A stretch of 47,140 nucleotides of DNA from Candidatus Levyibacteriota bacterium. GTDB lineage: Bacteria > Patescibacteriota > Microgenomatia > Levybacterales > UBA12049. Position 1 is the first letter of the stretch, and every line of letters starts with the position of its first letter. Where the stretch lies: the NCBI GenBank assembly GCA_016214555.1, contig JACROF010000008.1, forward strand, positions 1 through 47,140, written 5' to 3'. Of this stretch, positions 31,797-41,525 are shown piece after piece. The translations under genes were made by a program, and so were the position numbers. Under the pieces are notes generated by a model. The model was given only the letters and a program-made list of their open reading frames with translations. It was not told the DNA's origin and searched no databases.

Positions 31797-32378
31797 TCAA
31801 CTCGAAATGTGAGTAGTTGAGCAAGGAGTAATAACCCCAAGCTTGTGCATCCCTCTTGCTGTTGAAGCAGTTGGGTTGACAGTAAATGTTATTGTTACGA
31901 GATTACCTCTTCCGCAAGAATAGTTTTTTGTATCAGCAGTCACCCTGCTTCCGTCACCGGGCGTACTGCACGGGATTTTTAATCCAGAGATGAGGTTTTT
32001 CTTTGTGGTAAGAGCCAACTCTTGAACTATCCGAACAGTACTTGATCCACAAGTGAGCGTAAGATCACTTACTCTATATTCCTTGCCATCTCTGAATGTC
32101 GTTTGTTCGCAGGCGTTCCAGTCGATTAAGGGCACATTGCCATTTGCAAGCTCTTCATCGAAAGATCCGTCTGAGTAGAACATCGCCTCAACACCAAGGT
32201 AAGGCGCTCCTGTTGTCACAAGGTCAATTACGCACTTAGCGCTTAGGTTGCTTCCGTTTGTCATGACAGAGGCGGGGGTCCTATTAATTGTGGCTTTGTG
32301 GGTGCTTGCTTGTTGGATTCCGACACCACATGTCACTAAGGCAAGAAATAGAGCAACGATGCCTTTGAAAATCGACAC
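31797..32378 (-). CDS. Putative lipoprotein or secreted Cys-rich protein
   Basis: GTG start with AAGGAGG upstream. Signal peptide with a lipobox-like ALVTC. Confidence 0.6.
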   Translation of the reverse strand: MSIFKGIVALFLALVTCGVGIQQASTHKATINRTPASVMTNGSNLSAKCVIDLVTTGAPYLGVEAMFYSDGSFDEELANGNVPLIDWNACEQTTFRDGKEYRVSDLTLTCGSSTVRIVQELALTTKKNLISGLKIPCSTPGDGSRVTADTKNYSCGRGNLVTITFTVNPTASTARGMHKLGVITPCSTTHISS

Positions 32379-32455
32379 GGTTTCCTCCTTGGAATGTAAA
32401 CGAACAACATTTGCCTGTCGTCAGGCAATAGCTCATAGTTATGAGCCAAGTTGGC

Positions 32456-32484
32456 ATTGTAAGGCTAAATATATCTATTGTCAA
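32456..32484 (-). promoter_or_regulatory. Sigma70-like promoter
   Basis: TTGACA, 17-nt spacer, TACAAT. The leader contains two 7-bp hairpins. Confidence 0.55.
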
Positions 32485-33113
32485 GCCTGGGAGGATTTAC
32501 GACGGAGCATCCAACCAACAGCTGTTGCTGGAAGGAGAGCGATAATGCCAAGTAGGCCAGGTCCTGTAGAAGGGGTTTGCTGTCCAGGATTAACCTGTGC
32601 TGGGGATTCGACGGGGAGTCCGCCTTTGCTTGTTGCTGGGTTTAGGAAAGCAGATGTCGACTGCTTGTTTGGAATCTGGTTTGTTGCTGTCTGTTCTCGT
32701 GAGACACAAATTTGCGAATTATCTTGGCTTACTTTGTTATTAGCTGTCGCTATCGCGAGATTGATCGTACAGAGAGAGGAGTTATTTGTTGGCAACTCAT
32801 CAAGGTCAGCAGTCAGAACTTGAATTGTTATATTCGTGGTCTGTTTTGCCTTTAGCTCTTTAATGGTTGAAGAAAAAGTCCTAGTTGTGTTGTCATAGGA
32901 ACCTGGTCCTGAGACGTAGGTTAAAAATCGTGGAGGAAATATATCTTTGACGACAATGTCTTTGAGTGTACCATTTGAGGTGTTGGTGAGGTAGATACGA
33001 AAAGCAGTGAGCTTATTGGCAGGGTAGCGGGGGTCATTGGGTCCGATATTTTCGACAAAATCTTTGTCTTGAGCTTTTTGACCAGGGAGTATGTTGACTG
33101 CAGCAGACAACAC
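32481..33113 (-). CDS. DUF11-like surface protein paralog with a PSTG sorting signal; N-terminus unresolved
   Basis: Homologous to 18948-19712 (NDPRYPAN...YLTNTSNGTLKDIVVKDIFP; C-terminal PSTG, hydrophobic stretch, then RRK). There is no signal peptide in frame. The frame stays open upstream to 33218 without an ATG. Confidence 0.6.
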   Translation of the reverse strand: MLSAAVNILPGQKAQDKDFVENIGPNDPRYPANKLTAFRIYLTNTSNGTLKDIVVKDIFPPRFLTYVSGPGSYDNTTRTFSSTIKELKAKQTTNITIQVLTADLDELPTNNSSLCTINLAIATANNKVSQDNSQICVSREQTATNQIPNKQSTSAFLNPATSKGGLPVESPAQVNPGQQTPSTGPGLLGIIALLPATAVGWMLRRKSSQA

Positions 33114-33351
33114 TTTTTTATTAAGAGAGAGGATAGTGCTGTTTTGACAAAACGAGCCTCCGTTAAAAATTGGTTGACAACCTGGTGGAGTTGGCTCTGC
33201 GGCAGAGGAAAGTCCTGGCTAGTAGTGTTGCTTTGCTGATTTGTTGCATAGTTGCCTATAGTAGATTGCAAGAATAGCATTTTGTTTTTAAAAAGTCAAA
33301 ACATCTGAAGGTGATAGTGTGCCTGAGGAGCTCTTTTTATAAAAAGAAATA

Positions 33352-33380
33352 TTGACAAAGGGAAGAGAATATGATGTAAT
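33352..33380 (+). promoter_or_regulatory. Sigma70-like promoter upstream of rho
   Basis: TTGACA, 17-nt spacer, TGTAAT. Confidence 0.55.
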
Positions 33381-33480
33381 ACGTTTGTCTTCTTTATCTA
33401 CTCCGATCAGATCGGGGTCTGCAAGACACTTTTCCCAAATACAATAATTTTAGTTTCGTTAATAATTCTTCAAGATAGTT

Positions 33481-34845
33481 ATGGCATATAAAAAATCAAG
33501 TCAGACGACTCGTTCAGAGAAGCCCGTTTCAGATGTGGGTGATTTTGTTGGTGAAGCGCCACGAGAGGAGGGCGTTTCTGAAGTTTTGTCTGCAGCTCCA
33601 CGTGTAGCCTCAGAGCCTCCAGCACAAGTTGTCCCACCAGCGAATGCTGATCAGGGATTTAGCAATGGACACTCTCAAAGGTATCAAAGAGATAATTTTG
33701 CTGGATCATCCCACTTTGCTCCTCAAATTCAAAGCGTTCCAACAGAAAATGTCATGGGGTTTTTGGATCTTCAGCCTGAAGGTCACGGATTTTTAAGACC
33801 TAAATTTATTCCTTCAAACCGTGATATCTATATTTCACAGTCTCAAATTCGAAGATTTATGCTTCGAGGAGGAGATCAGGTTGAGGGGGTTGCTAGGCCG
33901 CCAAAAGACACAGAAAGATATTATGGATTACTTAAGGTTGAGAAAGTAAACGGTAAAACTCCAGAAGAGTCAGCGAAAAGACCTTGGTTTGATGACCTTA
34001 CTCCTATTTATCCTAAGCAGCAACTCACACTTGCTACAGACAAAACCCCTCTTTCAACAAGAATTATTGATCTTGTTGCACCTATTGGCATGGGACAGAG
34101 AGGTATGATTGTCTCTCCTCCAAAAGCTGGTAAGACAACTATTATGAAGGAGATTGCAACAGGTATTACAAAAAATTTCCCAGATATTCATCTTATGGCA
34201 GCTCTTATTGGTGAGCGACCTGAAGAGGTAACAGATCTTACCATGTCTGTTCGAGGAGAAGTAATAGCCTCAAATTTTGATGAACCACCAGAGAATCAGA
34301 CTCGAGTTGCTGAAATAACCCTCGAGCGAGCAAAACGACTTGTTGAGATGGGAGTAGATGTTGTTATTCTTCTTGATTCAATTACTCGTTTGGCTCGTGC
34401 ATACAATCTTTCTGTTGCTCCATCAGGAAGAACGCTTTCAGGAGGATTTGATCCAGCAGCTTTGTGGCCTGCGAAAAGATTCTTTGGTGCAGCGAGAAAT
34501 TGCCAAGAGGGTGGATCACTCACAATCATAGGCACAGCGCTTGTTGAAACAGGTTCTCGTCTTGATGATCTTGTCTACGAAGAGTTTAAGGGAACAGGTA
34601 ATATGGAGCTCCATTTAGATAGGCGTCTTGCTGAGCGAAGAATTTATCCTGCTATTAACATTGAAAGGTCTGGAACACGACAGGAAGAGCTTCTTTTGTC
34701 AGAGAAAAATTATAAAAAGATTGTTACCATGAGGAGAATGATGGACATGCTCAATCCGGAAGAAAGAACAGCCCTCTTTATTGATCAGCTTAATAAAACA
34801 GGGAGCAATGAAGAATTCTTGGAGAATCTCGGTCAGGATAAATAA
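33481..34845 (+). CDS. rho: Transcription termination factor Rho (with an N-terminal extension)
   Basis: RNA-binding region (GFLRPKF..DIYISQSQIRRF.LR.GD), Walker A PPKAGKTT, and conserved Rho C-terminal motifs (GTGNMELHLDR.LAERRIYPAI). Confidence 0.92.
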   Translation: MAYKKSSQTTRSEKPVSDVGDFVGEAPREEGVSEVLSAAPRVASEPPAQVVPPANADQGFSNGHSQRYQRDNFAGSSHFAPQIQSVPTENVMGFLDLQPEGHGFLRPKFIPSNRDIYISQSQIRRFMLRGGDQVEGVARPPKDTERYYGLLKVEKVNGKTPEESAKRPWFDDLTPIYPKQQLTLATDKTPLSTRIIDLVAPIGMGQRGMIVSPPKAGKTTIMKEIATGITKNFPDIHLMAALIGERPEEVTDLTMSVRGEVIASNFDEPPENQTRVAEITLERAKRLVEMGVDVVILLDSITRLARAYNLSVAPSGRTLSGGFDPAALWPAKRFFGAARNCQEGGSLTIIGTALVETGSRLDDLVYEEFKGTGNMELHLDRRLAERRIYPAINIERSGTRQEELLLSEKNYKKIVTMRRMMDMLNPEERTALFIDQLNKTGSNEEFLENLGQDK

Positions 34846-34933
34846 TCGTGAATAATGATCAACGATTAATGATTAACGAATAGAGCTGTTAATTACATTC
34901 ATAAATCATTATTCATCAATCGTTAATCGATAT

Positions 34934-36091
34934 ATGAATATTCCTCGTTACATACGCTTAGGTAGCTTAGTCCGCAAAACCACTAAAAATCTTTCAGAGT
35001 TTACTGATTTTTTCTTCCTTTATTATCTTAAGAGGAAAGTTGTTAATTTCTCTCACCTTTTTGAGAAACATAAGAACTATCTTGTAAAATTTCTCCTTAT
35101 GAAACGCGGACGATATAATCGTCCCTTTTTGCATATGGCCACTATGGGAGTTCTGTCTGTTGGGGTTTTGATAGGGCCATACCTAGCTGACACTTATCCT
35201 GTATTTACGCAACAGGCAAGAGCAAATACCGATCTTGCTTTTGCTGAAAATCAACAGCAATCAATTGAGACAACAGACAATGTGTTCTCAACAGATCGTT
35301 CAGAAAAACCTCGAGACAAAGTGCTTACCTACACAGTGCAAAAAGGTGATACCATCTCAACGATTGCCAAGAAATTTGGCATCTCAACAGACACCATAAA
35401 GTGGTCAAATGATCTTTCCTCAGATGCTATTTCAGTAGGAGACAATCTCAAAATTATCCCTGTAACCGGTATTTTGCATAAAGTAGGTAAAGGGGAAAGT
35501 ATTTATACTATTGCGAAGAAATATGATACGGAAGCACAGAAAATCGTCGATTTTCCTTTCAACGAGTTTGCTAATCCTGAGACTTTTGCGCTTGTGGATG
35601 GGCAAGAGCTTATTGTCCCTGATGGTATCAAGCCTGATGTGTCACAGAATCAGAGAAATACGATCAAGCAGCAACAGCAGACGTTCTTTGCTCAAGGAGC
35701 AGCGCCTGCTGTGTCAGCTGGAGGTTTTTCATTCCCACTTCCAGGAAGTACGGGTGTTTCACAGTATGCATCGTGGTATCACATGGCGCTTGATATGACA
35801 GCTCCAATAGGTACGCCAGTTGTAGCCGCTCATAATGGAACTGTTACTCAGGTAAGTATCGGATCATGGGATGGAGGATATGGAAACAATGTGTGGATTA
35901 GTGATGGACAAGGGACAGATACGCATTATGCTCATATGAGCTCAGTAAGTGTTTCCGTTGGGCAAAGTGTTGCTGGTGGAAGAACAGTGCTAGGTTTGAG
36001 CGGGAACACAGGGCGATCAACAGGGCCACATTTGCATTTTGAAGTGCGAAGAAACGGCGCGCTTCAAAATCCTCTTTTGTATCTTCGATAA
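34934..36091 (+). CDS. LysM-domain M23 family metallopeptidase
   Basis: N-terminal TM, two LysM repeats (YTVQKGDTISTIAKKFG; HKVGKGESIYTIAKKYD), and the M23 motif HMALD...GNTGRSTGPHLHFEV. Confidence 0.88.
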   Translation: MNIPRYIRLGSLVRKTTKNLSEFTDFFFLYYLKRKVVNFSHLFEKHKNYLVKFLLMKRGRYNRPFLHMATMGVLSVGVLIGPYLADTYPVFTQQARANTDLAFAENQQQSIETTDNVFSTDRSEKPRDKVLTYTVQKGDTISTIAKKFGISTDTIKWSNDLSSDAISVGDNLKIIPVTGILHKVGKGESIYTIAKKYDTEAQKIVDFPFNEFANPETFALVDGQELIVPDGIKPDVSQNQRNTIKQQQQTFFAQGAAPAVSAGGFSFPLPGSTGVSQYASWYHMALDMTAPIGTPVVAAHNGTVTQVSIGSWDGGYGNNVWISDGQGTDTHYAHMSSVSVSVGQSVAGGRTVLGLSGNTGRSTGPHLHFEVRRNGALQNPLLYLR

Positions 36092-36156
36092 TTTCGGGCC
36101 GTAATACACCCTCCTTTGTCCTAAAGGACTTCGGAAGGGTAACGCCGGTAACGTAA

Positions 36157-36233
36157 GGGCCGTTAGCTCAGTTGGCTAGAGCGTTCGCATGGCATGCGAA
36201 AGGTCGTCGGTTCAAATCCGATACGGTCCACCA
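36157..36233 (+). tRNA. tRNA-Ala (anticodon GGC), CCA encoded
   Basis: Cloverleaf folded by hand. 7-bp acceptor stem with the G3:U70 Ala identity pair, anticodon loop AUGGCAU, T-loop GGTTCAAATCC, and 3' ACCA. Confidence 0.88.
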
Positions 36234-36308
36234 GTAAGTTTGACTTGTCCCTCCGTGGGTCGCCTAATTTGCTTTCAAAACAACTAAGTCCTATAATACA
36301 CTGACCAG

Positions 36309-37913
36309 ATGTTCTGGTACTGCATATGTTGCAGTATTTTTTTGCACATTAAGAAAGGAAAGGATTTGGACAGCGTAATTGCTATAGTCCAGAAAGTAAT
36401 CCCTATGGGGAGACATGGTCCTTATGCGGTTGCAGCATCAAGGCAGATTTCAGGCTCAGTGACATTCTCACTTGAGCCAACGGTTTGGCTTGAAAGTGAG
36501 TGGCAAGAAGAAGGGACAGTTGTTTTTCTCAGTGATCTTCGTTTGAAGCGAGCCGGTTGGCGCGGTAAAAAAGGACGGTTTGTAAGACCGTCTGACGAGC
36601 AATCAGCAAGGAGCACGCAGGTGACAGAAGTTTCTAAATTTCAATTTCTTTACCCAGTGTCACGTCAATTTCCGTTTGATGAAGTTTGCGAACAGATTAT
36701 TCGTGAGCTTGAAAAGCGGAATTGGAAAGTGCCGGGAATTGAAGTTGATTTCCATGAATATGGGAGGGGAGCACAAAGATATAGTGCAGTTTCCCATGTT
36801 ACAGGCATCGATTTCACATTGAGGTTTGGTCGTAAACAAAGGAGGCTTCCGGGTGACTGGAATGATACTGCCGCTGTAACAGGCATCAACATTCCTATGG
36901 AGGAGTTGCATGTCTATGATGACGAATCAGGACCGACGTTCTATCTCTACGTTGGCAACAACTGGGAGGCCGATCGAGAGAGGTTCGTCAATGGTTCAAA
37001 GGTCAACAGTAAGCTCAATGGTGAGCCAAGGACATATCTTCAATACAAAGGCGCTTGTCGCTGCACCCGTGGCTTTGGTGGTTACTCAGATCTTGATCAC
37101 ACCCATCCAGGCAAAAGGCCGCCACTTTTGGTTCATGACAATGACCTAGGAAGGGAATACGAGCCTAGAAAAAGGAGATGGGACTGGAAAAATTGGACAT
37201 GGCATCCGGGAGATCCGAAAGCTCTTTCTACATCTGATGTGATGGAGAAGTTTCGGGCATATCTTGTCGATGTCGTTTTGCCTCACATTTTGTCGTGTCC
37301 TGTTCCTGAGGAGAGGATCGACATTTTTCTGGGACCAGCGATGATCCCATTTCCTCAAAACGTTGGTCCGCTATTTTGCTTTTGTCAGTACAGAGACGCA
37401 GAGCGGATTAAGCAGGGGAAGGAAGATTCCTCTCAGCTTGAGCTGGATGATCGTTATGGAATGCTTGGTTCAGGCTATCGACTTGTCTCTTTGGGAGATG
37501 GCGATGGAAATGTGCCCGCCATTGCATACGATGGATTCCTCTGGTGTGGCATCGGTGAAGTAACACCTGAAACGCCGATTGACTCACTTGAGGTACCTGG
37601 TCATTATCGATGGTCTGATCGTGAGCGATTTGTGGTCAGAGTGAAGCCCAAGACTGCCAACGGCGTCTTTGTGGCTGACCATAGCGTTTATGAAGATCTC
37701 CAAAAAGCAGCTTTTGATGCACTTCCGCAGGGTCGTGATAGGCTCACAGATAGTGAAGCCAGTGTTTTTGTGAGCGCTCGTGGTCGGACGATTGTTCCGA
37801 TTCATGAATACTCCGGAGGCTATCGAAAGCCAGTTGTCCTCATCAACCGTGAACTCGGTTTTGATGAAGTCGAAGTAGTCAGTGGTCCTCACAAGGACTA
37901 TTGGGGCTACTAA
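36309..37913 (+). CDS. Orphan 534-aa protein, relatively G+C-rich, directly downstream of tRNA-Ala
   Basis: Long uninterrupted ORF with an uncertain start and no motif I recognise. Confidence 0.55.
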   Translation: MFWYCICCSIFLHIKKGKDLDSVIAIVQKVIPMGRHGPYAVAASRQISGSVTFSLEPTVWLESEWQEEGTVVFLSDLRLKRAGWRGKKGRFVRPSDEQSARSTQVTEVSKFQFLYPVSRQFPFDEVCEQIIRELEKRNWKVPGIEVDFHEYGRGAQRYSAVSHVTGIDFTLRFGRKQRRLPGDWNDTAAVTGINIPMEELHVYDDESGPTFYLYVGNNWEADRERFVNGSKVNSKLNGEPRTYLQYKGACRCTRGFGGYSDLDHTHPGKRPPLLVHDNDLGREYEPRKRRWDWKNWTWHPGDPKALSTSDVMEKFRAYLVDVVLPHILSCPVPEERIDIFLGPAMIPFPQNVGPLFCFCQYRDAERIKQGKEDSSQLELDDRYGMLGSGYRLVSLGDGDGNVPAIAYDGFLWCGIGEVTPETPIDSLEVPGHYRWSDRERFVVRVKPKTANGVFVADHSVYEDLQKAAFDALPQGRDRLTDSEASVFVSARGRTIVPIHEYSGGYRKPVVLINRELGFDEVEVVSGPHKDYWGY

Positions 37914-37930
37914 TCCTTTCTTTGTTCCTT

Positions 37931-37960
37931 TGCGGTCCCGCCTCAGCGGGACCGCATTTT
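37931..37960 (+). terminator. Terminator hairpin of the GGTCCCGC/GCGGGACC family
   Basis: TGCGGTCCCGC-CTCA-GCGGGACCGCA followed by TTTT. Confidence 0.65.
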
Positions 37961-38109
37961 ACCTCTTTACTTTTACTTTCTTGCCTTTATATGCTATAAT
38001 ACCCATATCCTCAATAGAGGATTGGTATTCTAGGTAACTAAGGTTTCTTCATGAATCCCCAGTTGTCACTTAGGAACCCTGTTATGAAAGTAAAGGAGGT
38101 GAATCCTAA

Positions 38110-38451
38110 GTGAATTTTCAAGATAAAACATTAACATGTCGTGATTGTGGTCAAGAATTTGTTTTTACAGCATCAGAACAAGCGTTCTACGCTGAGAAAC
38201 AGTTTGCGAACGAACCAACCCGATGTCCCGATTGTCGAGCTAAAAGAAAACGAGAGCGAGGCTTTGGTGGAGGCGGTGGTGGTTTCCGCAATGACCGAGA
38301 TCGTGGCCCACGCCAAATGTTCCCTGCAGTTTGTGCAGAATGTGGAAAGGAGACTGAAGTCCCATTCCAGCCAACAGGTGAGAAGCCTGTCTATTGTCGT
38401 GATTGCTTTAATAAGCGAAAAGGTCAATCTCAATCAGAATATACCGCTTGA
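38110..38451 (+). CDS. Double zinc-ribbon protein with a Gly/Arg-rich linker
   Basis: GTG start with AAGGAGGTGA upstream. Two CxxC...CxxC units (CRDCG..CPDC and CAECG..CRDC). Confidence 0.7.
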   Translation: MNFQDKTLTCRDCGQEFVFTASEQAFYAEKQFANEPTRCPDCRAKRKRERGFGGGGGGFRNDRDRGPRQMFPAVCAECGKETEVPFQPTGEKPVYCRDCFNKRKGQSQSEYTA

Positions 38452-38522
38452 CGGTAAACCAAGCCAGTACTTACTCAGAATGATATCTTTGAAAAGGCTG
38501 GTTTTTTGGTGGGAAAGAGAAC

Positions 38523-40703
38523 TTATAGATTAGGGGTTGGCTCAGGAGTCCCTGTTTCCTTTGGTGTTGGAGTAGGGGTAAGTGATGTCTGTGGTGGGGC
38601 TGGGATCTCAGCCTTCTTTTTTTGCTCAGGAAGCTGAGCTGAAGGCTGATCAACACTTAGCGATGAATCCTCAGATGGATTTTGCGCTTGCTGCTGACTT
38701 GATGCTTGACCGTTTAGTTTTGCCTGGACTGCTTCAATCTCTGCTTTAATTTTGTCTGCATTGCCTTTATCTGCTGCAACAAGCTGGGAGACTATTTGGT
38801 ATGCCTGAAGTGCATTTCTTAGATCTGTCTCTGTGGCTTTATTTTCATAAGCATGTCCGAGATTGTAATAAGCGTTAGCATAGTCATCTTTTAGGTTGGC
38901 TGCTAGCTGAAATTGTCTGATAGCATCATCCCATAATCCTAGCTGGTAATAGATGCCTCCAAGAGAAACATACTGTGTTGGATTGTTAGGATCAAGCGCA
39001 ATTGCTTGCTGATTTGTCAAAACTGCAAATTGCTCAGCGTTTTGTCCAAATCCAATAAGTGATCGATATGTCTGTGAAAGCGTATTCCAGTTAAGCGCAT
39101 TTTGAGGAGAGAGGGTGACGGCGTTTCTGCCATAGCTAATTGACTGTTGGATAAGCGTTACAATTCTCTGTTGAACATCCGCTGAGGGAGAGGAGTTTTG
39201 AGGTTGATTGCTCGCAATGGCATTTGCGATGGTAAGGTTTGTTTGTGAGAAAACTCTATGATAACTATCTCGGTAGGGAAAGAGTTCAATAGCATCAACT
39301 TGAAGATTGTATGTCTGCTGTGCATCATTTCGAGAGGCAGCAACTAATGATCTTTGGAAAGTAAGATCAGAAAGGGTATAGAATATTGTTTGATACCCAA
39401 CAACTCCTACGATTGCTGCGATAAAGAGTACGAAGGCAAATGGGAGAATTTTGCCATATCTTGTATTGACAGGATCGTGCGGCGCTCTTTCTCCTTCTGG
39501 CTGCGCAAGAATAAGGCCATGCTTGAGGGTAACAAGATAGAAGTCAAGATCTGCATATCGTGATGGAGCGTGCTGGGAGCGAAGTGCTACAAATATCCCT
39601 AAAATGATAAAAATCATAGCTTGAAGCGTGAACGAGAATGGCAATAGGAGTGTTGCGGTAAATATGACGACAACTGGAAGAAAAAATGTTCTTTCTTTAA
39701 TAACCCGGTAGATTATGAAGAGAAAGCTTCCAAGGCCTAGGACACCAGTTGTTGCAAGAAGTTCAAGAAAAAGACTACTTGAGCGGAAAAAGGTGAAGGA
39801 CCAGAGTGTTGGATTGGTATTGTAGATAGCTTGCTTGAATCGAGTGAAATCAGTAACGTAAGTTCCATAGCCGCTTCCAAAAGCAAAACCCTGGAGGATT
39901 CTCCCTGAATCCTGTGAGATTGCTGCAAGTCCAGTCTGGAAACCTGTCACAAGAGGAAGAATAAGAGGTTTTTGTGAGGTGGTGAGCGTAAAGATAGTCA
40001 ATCCAAGTCCAATAAGGAGGATTGCAAAAGTAACGGTTGCGGCGATACTAAGGGGAGCATTTAGTCTTTGGTCGTTAAGCCTAAACTCTTCAGAGCTTTT
40101 TGATCTAGCGTTGAGAATAGGGCCAAGAACAGGCCAGGAAATATATCCTGCCAAGGGTAGCGCTACAGCAAGAAATATCGCTTGATCAAGTAGTGAGCCA
40201 AGAGGGGAAAAGCCTTGGATTTGAGTATATGAAAATGGGAGGATATGAATTTTGAAATAAGAAAGAATAAAGATAATTGTTGCAACTGTCGTACCTAAAA
40301 GAAGGCTGGATACAGCAAATAATGTTTGTTTTTCTCCTCTAATTGTATTTGAAAGAACAAAGTAGAAAAGTACGGTAAAGAATAATGGAGCAAAACTAAT
40401 TAAGGAGTCGAACTTGTTGACAGCAAGAATCGCTGACAAGAACGTGGCAGCAAGAAAGAGTAGTACGGGGAGATCAAAGGGAGAGGTTTTTAGTCTGACA
40501 CGTCCCTCAATGACCATTTTTATTCCCAGGATTACTATTAGTAGTATAGTGCTTGTTGCTAGAAGTAGTTGTTTGGGAAGAGTAAAGAGGTCGGTAGTCA
40601 GCGATGTAAATAAAAGCGGATACCCAATAAGCGTTATTCCTATAATAAATAGAGAGAGATTGTCTAAGTATGATAATAACTCTTTTTTTGTATTGGTAGT
40701 CAT
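38523..40703 (-). CDS. O-antigen ligase-like (Wzy_C) polytopic membrane protein with C-terminal TPR repeats
   Basis: 726 aa with about 12 TM segments, TPR-like repeats (AIALDPNNPTQY, YNLGHAYENK) and a P/T-rich tail. Confidence 0.65.
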   Translation of the reverse strand: MTTNTKKELLSYLDNLSLFIIGITLIGYPLLFTSLTTDLFTLPKQLLLATSTILLIVILGIKMVIEGRVRLKTSPFDLPVLLFLAATFLSAILAVNKFDSLISFAPLFFTVLFYFVLSNTIRGEKQTLFAVSSLLLGTTVATIIFILSYFKIHILPFSYTQIQGFSPLGSLLDQAIFLAVALPLAGYISWPVLGPILNARSKSSEEFRLNDQRLNAPLSIAATVTFAILLIGLGLTIFTLTTSQKPLILPLVTGFQTGLAAISQDSGRILQGFAFGSGYGTYVTDFTRFKQAIYNTNPTLWSFTFFRSSSLFLELLATTGVLGLGSFLFIIYRVIKERTFFLPVVVIFTATLLLPFSFTLQAMIFIILGIFVALRSQHAPSRYADLDFYLVTLKHGLILAQPEGERAPHDPVNTRYGKILPFAFVLFIAAIVGVVGYQTIFYTLSDLTFQRSLVAASRNDAQQTYNLQVDAIELFPYRDSYHRVFSQTNLTIANAIASNQPQNSSPSADVQQRIVTLIQQSISYGRNAVTLSPQNALNWNTLSQTYRSLIGFGQNAEQFAVLTNQQAIALDPNNPTQYVSLGGIYYQLGLWDDAIRQFQLAANLKDDYANAYYNLGHAYENKATETDLRNALQAYQIVSQLVAADKGNADKIKAEIEAVQAKLNGQASSQQQAQNPSEDSSLSVDQPSAQLPEQKKKAEIPAPPQTSLTPTPTPKETGTPEPTPNL

Positions 40704-40761
40704 TTTTTCTCCTGTTATTCAACAGTAGCAATGATCTTTCTGTTGTGTCAACAGGAGATTT

Positions 40762-40778
40762 TAGGGGTGAAACCCCTA
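40762..40778. repeat. REP hairpin TAGGGGTGAAACCCCTA
   Basis: Exact 17-nt core. Lies downstream of the RAYT gene. Confidence 0.8.
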
Positions 40779-40839
40779 TTTAAAATTAATTATTAATAAT
40801 TAAAAATTACTAATAATTAGATTCAAAATGGAGAGATTT

Positions 40840-40856
40840 TAGGGGTGAAACCCCTA
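40840..40856. repeat. REP hairpin TAGGGGTGAAACCCCTA overlapping the RAYT stop codon
   Basis: Exact 17-nt core. Both this copy and 40762 are preceded by GAGATTT. Confidence 0.8.
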
Positions 40857-41501
40857 TTTGTCAATTGTTAGATGCTTGATTTCATGTATTTTTTTTGCGT
40901 AGTCTTTCTGATCATGAACAAATTTTTTATAAGCATACACTGAGGGGAAAAAATCAAGAATTGGCTTGGTATGGCAGAGTCTGATGGTGGTTTCTCCAGT
41001 ATATTCGTTATAGCTTGACCAGCGATACTCTGGTTCCTTACTGATTCCTGCTACTACAGGATTTAAATGGATGTATCTGGAGAGATGAGTAAGAATGTTG
41101 TCATTTTTTACTCTTATTGCCTTGAAGGCTCCTTCAAAAAGAGCTCCATCTCTTTTGTATTTTTTATTGAAATATTGAGTATAGGCATTGGAGAGTTGTT
41201 TCATAAAATGAGAAGCACCTTTATCAGACTTTTGTTTGATAAGAAGATGGAAGTGATTGGGCATAAGACAATATGCCAGAAGATCTACATCAGCTGCGCA
41301 ATTCTTTTTAAAGAGTCTTATTGGAAGATCATGATATCGTCGAAGGACTTTTTCAAGAGGGGTGAGGTATATATATAAATAGTATAGAAAAAGATTGTAG
41401 TCCTCCTCATCTGTAAAGATAGTTCTTTTATCAACCCCACGATTAAAAATATGATAAACACCATCCTTTTCAAAATTTCGGAGAAGATACTTTGAGGGCA
41501 T
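40854..41501 (-). CDS. REP-associated tyrosine transposase (RAYT; IS200/IS605-type Y1 HUH enzyme)
   Basis: HUH motif PNHFHLL and catalytic Tyr region SRYIHLNPV. 215 aa. Flanked on both sides by REP hairpins. Confidence 0.85.
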   Translation of the reverse strand: MPSKYLLRNFEKDGVYHIFNRGVDKRTIFTDEEDYNLFLYYLYIYLTPLEKVLRRYHDLPIRLFKKNCAADVDLLAYCLMPNHFHLLIKQKSDKGASHFMKQLSNAYTQYFNKKYKRDGALFEGAFKAIRVKNDNILTHLSRYIHLNPVVAGISKEPEYRWSSYNEYTGETTIRLCHTKPILDFFPSVYAYKKFVHDQKDYAKKIHEIKHLTIDK

Positions 41502-41525
41502 ACGGAGAGTATACTAAATAACTTT

